64,000 bases of DNA from Vicugna vicugna (Eukaryota). This document shows positions 12,895 through 24,727 of this stretch, piece after piece. The first letter of the stretch is position 1. Each line of letters begins with the position of its first letter. The notes under the pieces are model-generated. The model had not been told where the DNA came from, searched no databases, and was given only the letters and a program-made list of their open reading frames with translations. Location: positions 2,018,244-2,082,243 of the forward strand of contig MU058252.1 of NCBI GenBank assembly GCA_013265495.1, read 5' to 3'. The translations under genes and the position numbers were made by a program.

Positions 12895-15365
12895 CGCTTT
12901 TTATTATTTTTATTGTGGTGCAATTGAAATACAACAGATACTAGTTAAGTTCAAGAGTTCCACGTGCTTTGCATGTGGCTGTGTAATCCCCGTCAAAACA
13001 AGATGTGAAACACTCCATCACCCCAGGGAGTTCCTTCATCACCCTTTACAGTCAATCTTCCTCTACTCCAGGAGCAACTGCTTTCTGATTTCTCTCATCA
13101 TAAATGGTTTTACTGGTTCTTAGGACTCAGGATCAATAGAATCACAATATTTTGGGTCTGGCTTCCTTGGCTCAGTACAATGTTTCCGAGATTCACCTCT
13201 AGTCAACTTTGTTCCTTTTACTTGTTGTGATGTATTTTATTGTATAAAGATTTAACACTTTTTATCCATTTTCCTGTTAATGAGCATTTGACTTGTGTTT
13301 TTTTGTTTTGTTTTGAGCTCTTGTGACTAAAACTACTATGAGCATTTTTATACAAGTGACATATGAGGATGTATGTTCTTAACAGCTTTACTGAGAAATA
13401 ATTGACATATAATGAAATGCAGTATTTAAGGTATATAATTAGATTGGTTTTGGACAAAGGAAACCATCACTGTTGCAATCAAAATAATGAACACACTCAT
13501 CCCCTCAAAAATTCCCTGTGGTCCTTTTTAATTCCAGCTCCTTCTTTTGCTCCATTTACAGGCAACCATTGAATGATTTTCTGCCAATCCTTCTATAGAT
13601 TAGTTTGAACTTTATAAAAATATAAAGAGAATATACAAGGGGAATTATAGACTGTTCTTTTATCAGCTTTCTTTGGGCAGAATTATGCTAAAATTGTATT
13701 TATAACCTTGTATTCCTTTTTATCATGAAGTACTATTCCATTTTGGGGATCTAATGAAAATTGTGCATGTTGATGCACATTTCAGTGTAACCCATTTTTG
13801 GCTATTAGAAGTAGAACTTCAATCAATGTTCATGTATAAGTCTCTGAATGGACATACACTTTAGTGGGGATTAGTTTTGCACTTTTTTTGGACATATACT
13901 TTTACTTCTTAGGGTAAATACCTAGGGGCCTGTGATTGGATCATATGATAGGTTGTTTAACATTATTTTCAAAAACTTATTTGTTTATTTTGTTTTTGGG
14001 GGCTGGGGGGGTAATTAAGTTTATTTATTAACATTATTTTTTAACAGAGGTACTGGGGATTGAACCCACGACTTGGTGTATGCTAAGCATGTGTTCTACT
14101 ACTAAGCCATACCCTTTTCCCCTTGTTTAACATTTTTAAAAACTTCTGAATTGTTTTCTAAAGAAGTTGTACCATTTTCCATTTCCACCAGCATTGTATG
14201 AAAGCTTTCCAGTTGCCCCATATCCTTATCAACACTTGGTGTGTTGGTCAGTCTTTACTTTGGGGCATTAATAGGTGTGTAGTGGAGTTTTATTGCAGCT
14301 CCAGATCGAATCTCCCTAGTGGCCAATGACGTTGCACTCTTCTCCTATGCTCAGCAGATACCTCCTTGCTCACAGTGTATCATCTGTGTACCTCTTTTGT
14401 TGAGATGCCTGTTCAAATCTTTTGACTTTTTAAAACAAGTCATTTATTTTCTTGTCATTGACCTTTGCGAGTACCTTATATATTGTGGAAACAAGTGCTT
14501 TATCAGATATGTCATTCCCAAATACTTTGCCCAGTCTCAGGCTTGCCTTTTTATTTTCTTAATACTATCTTTCAAAAAGAAGATTTAAAAAAAATTTTTT
14601 AATGCGGTCCTATTTATTTGTTATTTTATGGGTTGTGCTTTTGGTGCTGTATTTAAGAAAACTTTGTCTAACCCACGATCACAAAGATGTCACCTATGTT
14701 TACTTCTAAGTGTTTTATAGATTTATGCTTCATTTAGAACTACAATACACTTTGAGTTACTTTTGCACGTGGTGAAGGTATGGATTGAAGTCCTTCTCTT
14801 TTTGTATTTGGGTATTTTGTATTTGGTCCTTTTCATTCCAACCATTGTTTCCCAACCATTTACTGAGAACATGGTATCTACCGAATTGCCTTTGTATCTT
14901 CATCAAAAATCAGTTGATTGTATGTTAGTCTAGTTTTTTTACTCTATTTTGTTCCCTTTTTTTCTATTTATCTTTACAATAGTTTCAAAATGTCTTGACT
15001 AGAGTAGCTTTATAATAAATCAAGAAACCAGCTAGTCTTAGTCCAAAAACTGCTCTTCTTCAAAGATGCTTTGGATATATTAGGCCATTTTTCATTTCAT
15101 ATTAATTTTGGAAACAGCTTGTTAATTTCTACAAGCAAAGTTGCACCAGAGTCTTAATTTAGATCACACAAAAAAAATCTGTAGAACAATTTAGGGGGGA
15201 ATTGACATCTAAACAATACTAAATTTTTAATCCACAAACATGGTGTAACTAATTTAGGTCTTTAACTTCTCTCAGTAAAGATTTGTATTTGTCAATGCAG
15301 TATTTTGTAGCTTCCAGAGAACTTGAAGCAGTTCATTTTTTTTTCTGGCATTTTAAATGGTATTT
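12895..15365 (-). mobile_element. Stack of old L1M (MC/MD/ME-type) 3' UTR and ORF2 fragments
   Basis: Antisense L1 motifs: cagctttactgagaaataattgacatataat; gttgtaccattttccatttccaccagcattgtatga; tttaggtctttaacttctctcag. Confidence 0.8.
13965..14122 (-). mobile_element. Camelid tRNA-derived SINE (Vic-1 type)
   Basis: Reverse complement gives a degenerate tRNA-like A/B-box head and aaataaacttaattacccccc tail; 12-bp TSD ttgtttaacatt (13953-13964, 14123-14134). Confidence 0.88.
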
Positions 15366-15374
15366 TTAAAATAA

Positions 15375-16545
15375 AATTTTTATATCTTAGAATGGCTTTA
15401 AATTTACAAAAGATTGAGAAGTTAGTATATAGAGGGTTCCCATCCACTCCAGCTACCATTATTATTTGCATCTTACATCAGTATGGTGTATTAATGCGCC
15501 AGTGTGAAGATATTATTATTAAATAAAGTCCATATTTCACTTAGATTTTCTATTTTTACCTAATGTCCTTTTTCTTTCCAGGATTCCATCCAGGATAAGA
15601 CATTACATTTAGTCTTCATGTCTCTTTGGGCTTCTCTTAGCTGTGACAGTTTCTCAGCCTTCCCTTGATTTTTGATAACTTTGACAGTATTAAGGAATAC
15701 TGGTTAGGACCATTGTGGATGGTCCTTCAGCTGGGATCTGTCTGATATTTTTCTCAGTTTATAGGAAGATAAAGTGTCATTCTCATCTCAGCACATCAAG
15801 GATACACGCTTATCCACATGATGTCTCATTGTTGATGGAAGCCTTGACCACCTGGCTTGAGACAGTGTTTGTCAGGTTTCCCCATGGCCATCCTTTCCCC
15901 CTCTTTCCACATCTGAAATCTTGGCAAGGAAGTCACTATGTGCAATTCACATAACAGGGGTAGGAGTCACGTGCCATCTCCTTGTGGATGGTGTGGCCAC
16001 AAAACTTACTTAGAACTCTGGTGCATGGTAGATTTTTCTCTTCTTCTTTATTTATTTATTTATCCAATAATGCAGTCACATCCGTGTGGACTCATGGATG
16101 CTTACTGTACTTGGGGTGATAATCCAATATTACTGTATGTTATTGTTCAAATTGTTCCAGCTCTGGCCATTGGGAGCTCTTTAAGTTTGTTCCTGTGTCC
16201 CTTTGACATGGTCCTGGCACTGTGGAATTACTGTGTTTTCCATTTCCTTACTTCCTGGCACTACAAGATGCTTCAGTTTCATGTTTATTTCCTCCTCATC
16301 TCTCCAAGGGGCCTGCTTTCTCATATTGGAAAATGATATTAGAAACCCAAATCTGGCTGTTCGATGTACTTGCTTGTTGCTACTGGGGAGTAGGGGCTTA
16401 GCTAACAGAGCAAGGATTCATTTGTATATATATATGTGTGCGTATATACGCACACATCTATGAATACTGCTCTATGTTAAACTAAACGTGAAATCACACT
16501 GACGTTTCCAGCTCTAATCAACTGCCACGTGGATAATCCCAACTT
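15375..16545 (-). mobile_element. L1MC-type 3' end
   Basis: ccaggattccatccaggataagacattacatttagtc...ctgtgacagtttctcag...gttcaaattgttccagctctggccattgggagctc. Confidence 0.8.
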
Positions 16546-16691
16546 GGGGAGAGGGCTTTTAAAATGGAACAGCCAGGTTAGCGCTCTCAGGGGCCCAGAG
16601 AAATTATTTTCTCATGGTTATAGGGCTTGATCAGTCTGCAACACAAATCTCTCAACAGCCAGCATGATATACTTTATCTAAGTTATACCAG

Positions 16692-17073
16692 TCTGTCTTG
16701 GTTGGGACAGGCTAGGTTTACTGTGTGAAAAAAAAAATCTAAAAATCTCAATGGCTTCATCCATCAAACATTCATCACTCTTGCCACACGCCCAGTGAGG
16801 GCCGGGGGAGGGGTCTCGGCAGGGAGGAGACTGCATCTTGACATTTGTTTCCACAATCAGGGGAAAACATGGCTGTTAGAGCGCTGGGACCTAGGGTTTA
16901 CACCTAGTGTATCACTAGTGGGTAAGCTGTCACTTCCACTGAGAGATCACTGGCCAAAGCAAAGCAAGTCAATGGTCTTGACTAAGTTCAAGGAGAGTTG
17001 TGAAGTACAGTCCCTCCACGATGCCCAGAAACAGCAAAACCAGAATCTCTGTAAACTGCCTGAATAATTACCA
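16692..17073 (-). mobile_element. Ancient MaLR LTR (MLT1-type)
   Basis: gacaggctaggtttactgtg...aaatctcaatggctt...cactggccaaagcaa...gcccagaa. Confidence 0.6.
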
Positions 17074-18215
17074 ATAAGGGTTAAGGCTCTATCTTTTTTA
17101 AAGCCCCACATCTGATTATTCCAAAGTAGTTACCTTCTCAACCAGCCTAAGAGACTGGACTTCTGTGAATGCCCTGCACATGGGTTAACTGAATCTAGAC
17201 ACGGAGATGTTCAACCTTCTGCTGCTGATTTGTCTCAGTAGTAAGAGAAGAGAACGAAGGTTTGCCCTTGCTCTCTTGGTACTTCCTGGCCAAACCTTAA
17301 AAATGCAAAATGAAATTGCTAGAGTCAGATTACTCCCCTACACATCACTTACCAAATGGATTTTAGAATGAATGAGACAACAGGAGGCATTCATCTGCTG
17401 GCAATTGTTTGAAAATGCTTCCTCTCTCCTCACTCCATCCTCTCCCTAGTCCATGGCATTTGTAGCTTGAGGGGAGCCTCCAACTTTCCCACTGCACAGC
17501 CTCACTGTGGTCACTCCACCGATGCTTCTCAGGGAGCACGCGGTGTCTTGACACAGCAGTTGGTGAGCAGGGCATGGAGAAGGGAGCGCAGTGCAGAAGG
17601 GAGTCATCCTGGAGATGCCCACCTCTGCCTCTATTAAGATTCCACTCTTCAGCTCCCTCCCCACGGGGCTCAAGGCTCCTCCAACTCACCTGTCAACCAG
17701 CCCCTGGTAATCAGTGGTTATCTACTAATGGTCTAGTTCCTACAAGTTTTTGCACATTGAAAGGGAGCATCAGGAGAACTGAAACAAAGCAGAATGCCTC
17801 TCTACTGACTTAGTTTCAGCCTTCACAAGGAGGGGCGTACACAGTGCAGGGGCAGTACCTGCCACAGCAGCAGAAACACAGAGAGGCGACCTCAGGGTCC
17901 CACAGGGCGGAGCATGGGAGTAAGATGAGAACACAGTGGTAAGACTGTGGTCCTGGAGATTTTATGACCCCAAATTAAATTTGATAAAATACCCAGAGAT
18001 CATGGAATTGCAGGTGACTGACCAACACTATACAAATTCAAAGATGTAGAAAACTCAGAATAATACTTATGAGGTTATAACGTCTCCAGCAGGCTGGGAG
18101 TTCCAGTTTCACAGATCAGGGCGTTGTTCCTTATAGGCAAATCGACATGGAGGACCAACGCGTAACACACCCAGGAGGAACAAAGAGAAACGTGAGTGGC
18201 TGACGTCCTCACGGA

Positions 18216-18712
18216 TATAATAGGGAGGAACCAGTCTGACTCCATGTTAGATCTGTGTCTTTGGCTCCAACCCTGTGCTCTGGTTCCTGTTCTGAGTCAT
18301 GCTGGTTCTGCACCTTTTGTAAAAGAATGTTGCCTACAGCCTGAAACAGACAGTCAGGGCTCTGACCCTTAAGGGTACAACACCTTCCCATTCATACAGA
18401 GATAAAAAGTTGCAGAATACAAAGCAACACTTGGCTTGTTGGAGGTTTACAGGGATGCCATGCACTGACCCTCTGGACAGCTGCAAGAACAAAGGGTTCT
18501 GACACCAAGAAGCCTGCAGCGACAAACCACACCCTTTTTAGAATAAAGGGAGTCTAAATTCTGACTTGGGGAAGATAGTTCTCTAGGATATCAGCCCCCA
18601 TCTTCTCGGTCTGCTGGCTTTCCAAACAAAGTTGTTAACCTTGCCCCGACACCTCATCTCCCGATTTATTAGCTCGTCATGCAGTGAGCAGGGGTGTTTG
18701 GACTCGGTAACA
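18216..18712 (+). mobile_element. Solo ERV1-class LTR, related to family B
   Basis: Ends ggactcggtaaca; last ~120 bp is the reverse complement homolog of 2950-3080; near-TSD cgga/ctga. Confidence 0.85.
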
Positions 18713-18896
18713 CTGAAGGCTATGCACTATGGTCAGAACTGCTCTTCTGACCTGTGTGCATCAACTGGGGCACGGTCTGCCTTGGTCAGTGTCCAGCTAG
18801 ACCCTTGAACGGCTGTCCTAGGACACTTCCGTATTTGTGTAGATGATTCCTACATGAGTATAGTTGTTTCTCAAGAAAAAATGTATTGGTTAAAAT

Positions 18897-19085
18897 AATA
18901 ATGGTAGGAAATAAGAAGCTGTATTTATAAAACATTTATGATATCAGATATTATTCTAAGTGCTTTACGTATATTGACTCATATAATTTTCATAATAACC
19001 TTTTGAGGAAACACCAGCACAGAGAACAGAGAACAGAGTGTGACACTCACTACATATCCATCAGACTGTAGTTTGAATCTGGGCC
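18897..19085 (-). mobile_element. MIR fragment
   Basis: ttctaagtgctttacgtatattgactcatataattttcataataacc...gaggaaac. Confidence 0.6.
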
Positions 19086-20459
19086 TCGAAGCCTTTGACG
19101 GTAACGTTGCACTTTTCTAATTGATTGTAAATTGATTTTCTGGTTGGGCTCCCAGGAGTGATCCTCAGCTTCACGGGAGGTATTTATAGTTGCCATCATA
19201 TATTCCCAGACCCTGAATGTGGTTTCCATACTAAAAGAGACTAATTCTAAATTGATTCTGACTTTATTATATAGCAGGTTTTTTAGCTTCTAGTCATTTT
19301 CTCTCTTTCCTTTTAGCTTTTAGTCTTGATTCTACTTAACCACTGAGGACTTAGCCACTCCTAAATTTCCTCTGCCTGGAAAGAGATCCCAGGAACATTT
19401 AACAAAGGGTCTGAGGCATAGCTGGAGTAATAAAACTGGCTTCCCAAAGGACCGAGGAGCAGGGGCTTACTCGAGAGTCAAGTCCATAAAAATGTCTCCA
19501 AGAAGGATGACCAATTTTCAGGGAAATAAAAGTTCATGCTTCTTTGAGGATGGTTTATAAGGCCCTGTACCACTGCTTAAAGGAGTTTGGAAACTTCCCT
19601 TCTGAAAAACTGTGCAAGAGGCCATGCTTATCCTTGTAGGCTGGAAAGTAACTGGGAAAAGACTTGATTTATGCTGAACTTCCCAGGGTCCATGTGGCAG
19701 GGCCATCATGCAGTCGACAGCTGGAGGACAGTGTCTGTCCCAAGGAAAAGTGTCTGCCACGTTGGTCCTGCTGCTTTGTGTGCAGTGTTCGCATTGAGAG
19801 AGGTGTTTTTTTTTAAACCGTTTCAGGATGATGGATCCCCTGAGAATTTGGTGAAAGTTACAGCCTGTACCTTATAAAATGCTCATGTGCACAGACCTAA
19901 AGTCACACGTGCACATGGCTCTGCATACAAATCCAGGAGCTGGAACCCCAAGTCATGCTCCGTCTCTTCTTTTTTTTTTTTTAACCAAGTGCTTTTACAC
20001 ATGGTCCTTTTATTCTCTGCAGCAAAAATGATTCCTCCCTCAGAACCAGGTGGGGATATTTTCCTTAGGTTAAGCTCTTACTGTTTCCAGAAACAGGCTT
20101 CTAAAACATAACCCCTGCAATGAGTAATACACAACAGAATTTATATGCACGCCTTTATCAGTGATCAGCAAACCAGGCATTGCTTGATTCTAATGGAGGG
20201 AGGGTCACTTTTGTGGGGGGAAAAGGCCTTCAAGAAAGAAGAAGAGATCACAGGAAAGGAGATGTCAGCCCCACGATGGTCTTTGGTGCGGGGAGAGATT
20301 GTGGCAGATGGTCTTGGGCCGTCAGAGAAGGAGCATCTAAACCACATCCTCTCACTTCACTGTCTACTGTCTTTCCTACTAACCTTTGAATTCACCGAAG
20401 GCAGAAGCTGTGTTTCTGCAGTTCCTAAAACCAGAGTTTGATTCTGTGCCCTAAACACT

Positions 20460-20585
20460 GATAATCCTTACAACATTTCTGGGAGATATCATTCCCCTTT
20501 TACAGGTCAATAAACTGAGGCCCAAAGTTTAAGCGGCTTGTCCAAAGTCACCTAACTAGTAAACTGGGAAGCTGCCATCCAGTCT
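20460..20585 (-). mobile_element. MIR fragment
   Basis: ccccttttacaggtcaataaactgaggccc...cttgtccaaagtcacctaactagtaa. Confidence 0.65.
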
Positions 20586-21044
20586 TGGTCCTTCTTATAA
20601 CCAACCTCAGGTGTGCTCTGCAGATCTTCAAGACTCAAGAACTGTTAACATTAGCAAAACCGCCATAACATAACTGAGTGTAACACACATGCTACGGAAT
20701 ATACAGACTTAAAGTGGTGACTTTCAGACTGTGATCTCTGACTTCCTGATATGCCTTGAAAAAACCTCAAAACTACGTAAATATTATCTTGAATTACCAG
20801 TAAAACATATGCAACTCCGGACACTTTCATTTTCACATAATGACTAAAAGCTTTTTGTGTATCACCTTATAAGTGAATTGTTAAGGGTTATTGAAATTAA
20901 CATCCATAAATGAAAATGAGAAAGGGGCAGAGTTCCTGACATTCCTACCCAGTATTCCGTGAAGAACTCTGGTTGCCATGAAAGGTCTAGCAATGTTGGC
21001 AAAGCTTCTAGAAAACAGGTTCACCAACAGGTAGCGACTTTTTC

Positions 21045-21519
21045 TTTTCATTGAAGTTTAGTTGCTTTACAACATTGCGTTAGTTTCCGGTATGTAGCAC
21101 AGTGATTCAGTTATACATGTATAAAAAGAATATATATGTTCTTTTTCAGATTCTTTTCCATTATAGATTATTACAAGATATTAAATATAGTTCCCTGTGC
21201 TGTACAGTAGGACCTTGCTGTTTATCTAATATATATATAGTAGTTTGTGTCTGTTAATCTCAAACTTCTAATTTATCCCTCCCTCTCTTTCCCTTTTGGT
21301 AACCATAAGTTTATTTTCTATGTCTGTGAGTCTCTTTCTGTTTTGTAAATAAGTTCACTTGTGTCATATTTTTAGATTCAACATATCTGTCTTTCTCTGT
21401 CTGACTTACTTCACTTAGTGTCATTATCTCCAGGTCCATTCATGTTGCTGCAAATGGCATTTCATTCTTTTTTATGGCTGAGTAGTATTCCATTGTATAT
21501 GTATATCACATCTCCTTTT
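21045..21519 (-). mobile_element. 5'-truncated L1 3' end (donor of the 74-bp copy at 23657)
   Basis: Reverse complement of the L1 3' UTR seen at 10619; diverged 16-bp TSD aggtagcgactttttc (21029-21044) / agatagttacattttc (21520-21535). Confidence 0.92.
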
Positions 21520-22875
21520 AGATAGTTACATTTTCTCTACTTCTAGGAAGGATTCTGTAACCATCGTAACATCCATGTTGAGTTAATCATGGCATTCCAC
21601 TGCCATTATTTTTACATTTGAATTACAAATTTCAATTAGTTTATATTTATGATCAGTTCAGTTGTTTAGGAGTGTTTGATTAACATAAAATGAGTCAAGA
21701 TAAATATCTGCATTAGTAATATATGTGCTTAGGATTTTACCATAAATAGACCTTAAGTGTGTCCACATTATAACTCAAATATTATTCACCATCCCCATAT
21801 TACCAAAAGTAAAGAATCCACTGAAAAATCAGGTTCAGTGGCTTGTCGTTAAGTTTATAATTTGCCTACTTGAAGTTGAGTCTGGACTGGTTAGTCAACT
21901 GTAAGTTCCTCTTTGCCCCCACTTTACTGCAATTGGACCATAAGTAAAATGTATTTGATAACTATTGCACTACAAAATATAAGACAATGTATGTACGTGT
22001 ATTACATGTTAGACTAAATGTCTTTGTGGTGATGAGATCAACGTGGACCAGATTTGTCTGAGATAGTTTCACTGAGGCAGGAAAATTCAAATTTTACTCT
22101 AAATTTGTAAACGGGCTATTGGATTGACAGACTGATGATTGGTTAACTGGCTTGGACTGGACTTTGCTAGAGGGTTAGATATGACCCAAGTTCAGTGGAG
22201 ACAAAGCCCCTTCCGCTGAGGCAGTGGCAGGTGCAACGGCTTTGGGTGGAAATGTGAACTGTCTACAGAATGGTGAGAAGATGAGCCCACAGGGGACAGA
22301 ATGGGGAATGGAGAACGTGCAGGTAAGATCAGTTGAGCAGACGCCATGATGCAAAGTGTTTCGAAGGCTAGAAAGAGCAACCTGAAAGAGCGTGGTCACA
22401 ACCAGACTCCACTTTAAACAGCACTTTGTGTTGTTCCTGGTTCCCTCTCTGGTCCATCAGAGCCCCTCCTGGGCCTGCGTTTATGGAAGGAGCTGCTATC
22501 AGCACACTCCGTGTCTCCAGGTACCACGGGTTTGCTCGGGAAGAAGATGATTCTGGATGAAGTGAGCAGGCACATCACAGCTAATCTAAGAACTCAGCAG
22601 AAGCTCAGCAGACCTCCCGGGTGAGAGCTGACGCTCCAGCCGTCAGTCTGCCACGGTTCTCTTTTCCGGTGTGGAACTCAGTCAGAAAAGAGCCACTCTC
22701 CTGGGGAAACTACAGAATTTTCCATTTTCACTGGAATCGGGTTTTGGAAATTACTATCTCTGTGGATTCCAAATTCTAGTGTGGATTTAATTGTGTCATG
22801 TTTAATTAATTGGAATGAACAAATTGCTAATAAGGCTGAGAACCATTTATTTTTATGAGTTACTTTTGAACTTTT

Positions 22876-22990
22876 TTGGAGGGGAGGAGGTAACTAGGTT
22901 TATTTATTTTTTATGGAGGTGCTGGGGATCAAACCCAGAACCTCATGCATGCTAGGCATGCACTCTACCACTGAGCTCTACCCTCCCCCC
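22876..22990 (-). mobile_element. Camelid tRNA-derived SINE (Vic-1 type)
   Basis: RC: ggggagggtagagctcagtggtagagtgcatgcctagcatgcatgaggttctgggtttgatccccagcacctcc...aaataaacctagttacctcc; TSD tgaactttt (22867-22875, 22992-23000). Confidence 0.92.
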
Positions 22991-23139
22991 ATGAACTTTT
23001 ATAATGTAAAGAATATAAGATATAAAAGGTAAAAAGCTCATGCATAAACTATTGAGCTGAAGCAATGGCCTGTTATTCACAAAACCATGGAACAACCATC
23101 TGAGCCTCTCCTCAACTGGCACTCTTTCTCCTTCAAAAT

Positions 23140-23570
23140 TAAGCATTAATAATAATTATTATTATAAGTTTCATAGTTATTTTTTCCTTGTTTTTCTTTG
23201 TAGTTTTACTAAATATATATGTCTCCCCAAAATGCATCAATTAGCTTTGTTTGTTTTGGAGCTTTCAAAATGACTTCATACTATATGATGAAATCATGTT
23301 ACCTGCTTTTATTCTAAAAAGAATTAATATGCAGGAGAATCACACATGTTGGTACAGATCACTCAAGTGTATTTGTTGTCACTGTTTCACATCGCCCTTC
23401 CACATGAATATGACTATAATATGGTATAGTTATTCATTTTATTGTTGATGGACATCTGGGTTTTTCCAGTTTGGGGGTCTGTGTGTGCGTATGTGTTGAA
23501 GTTGCCATTACAGCCCCTGCTGCTTGTCTCCTGGGCAATGGGAGAGTCTTTCTAGGGTAATAACTAAGAA
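23140..23570 (-). mobile_element. Ancient L1ME-type 3' fragment, abruptly broken at about 23570
   Basis: ttgttgatggacatctgggtttttccagtttgggg...gagagtctttctagggtaataactaagaa. Confidence 0.6.
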
Positions 23571-23656
23571 TCTCCCTGCTCAGGAGAGACCCTGTCGATT
23601 TTGTCCTCTTCTGCCAAGAACAATCTCTTAGGTCTCAATGTGAATGAGGGAAACCA

Positions 23657-23730
23657 TCTGTCTGACTTACTTCACTTAGTGTCATTATCTCCAGGTCCAT
23701 TCATGTTGCTGCAAATGGCATTTCATTCTT
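23657..23730 (+). repeat. Exact 74-bp dispersed direct copy of 21396-21469
   Basis: tctgtctgacttacttcacttagtgtcattatctccaggtccattcatgttgctgcaaatggcatttcattctt is identical at both positions. Confidence 0.97.
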
Positions 23731-23819
23731 GTGCAGTGCTCACCCCGCTCAGATGCGAGGGGATCCTCCCAGGAGGACAGGAGCCCCTCGCATCTGAGCG
23801 GGGTGAGCACTGCACAAGA
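23727..23819. repeat. Perfect 36-bp inverted repeat with 21-nt spacer
   Basis: Arm 1 23727-23762 tcttgtgcagtgctcaccccgctcagatgcgagggg is the exact reverse complement of arm 2 23784-23819. Confidence 0.97.
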
Positions 23820-24294
23820 GACGCCAGGCCAGCGGGAGGAGTTCTGTATCTCAGGAAGGGAGGGAGGGGACAGGAAACAGAAACACGGGGAAAAGGCTTC
23901 AGGGTGAAACGCACTGCAGCTAGACTTTAAATAATTAGTAGGAGTTCATCATACGAGATGATTATCATGGGCGGATAGAACCTCACCAGCCAAGACGCAG
24001 ACACACACAAATATTTGAAGCTAGACTGCACGCTGTCAGGAGAGACGCCAATTTTTCAACAATTGCAATGCCTGTGAGTCTGGAACATGAGACTACGGGC
24101 CCCCCAACTTTTAGTGGGGATGGGAATCACACGTACAAGGAAGAGAAAGAATAGGTTTAGAGTGTCGAGGGACGGGGACTGAGAGGAGGGACAAGAAAGG
24201 CTGTGATTTACGTCACAACTGAGATGATATTTTTCACTGTGCAAATGGAAACGATGTCAGATTATTGTACATTCTATGGTAGGGTTTCCTGATT

Positions 24295-24348
24295 TCTGAA
24301 TAAGAATTACAGATTTAAAAATCTGAATAAGAATTATAGATTTAAAAA
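24295..24348 (+). repeat. 27-bp tandem dimer
   Basis: tctgaataagaatta(c/t)agatttaaaaa twice, one mismatch. Confidence 0.95.
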
Positions 24349-24429
24349 TTCCTGATTCCTACATGTTCTGAGTAACACCTATACGTTGAAGGAAAATGAT
24401 TCTAAACTTAAGATCTCCAGTTTTCCATG

Positions 24430-24727
24430 GATGATTCCTTCTCAGCCTTGAGGTCCACCGTGAATGTCTCCTCCTCCTCAAGGTCTCCTCCTCCCACCGC
24501 CTGGCCACACTCACTCCCGCTCATCCCATCACCCAGCAGACTTCCGCCACAGAACTGCAAACGGAATATAATTATCCTGTGAAGTTACTATGTCTCTGCA
24601 CCTTGTCTCTTTCTGCCTTTGCCTGTTCTCCAGTTGTAGGAACTTTTACTCTGTTGCCGTCTGCTCCATCATGAACACCATCCCCACGTTATGTACTCGG
24701 TAAATATGTGTTGAATAAATGAATAAA
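24430..24727 (+). mobile_element. L2 3' fragment
   Basis: aatgtctcctcctcctcaaggtctcc...tactcggtaaatatgtgttgaataaatgaataaa (L2 terminal tgaa repeats). Confidence 0.6.

Noticed and set aside
22920..22990. tRNA gene (also about 14048-14122 and 28420-28497)
   Set aside because: These are tRNA-like SINE heads with shared SINE tails and, in two cases, clear TSDs; no intact cloverleaf.
24286..24357. CRISPR-like array or other prokaryotic system
   Set aside because: Only two adjacent units without spacers, and the window is clearly mammalian.
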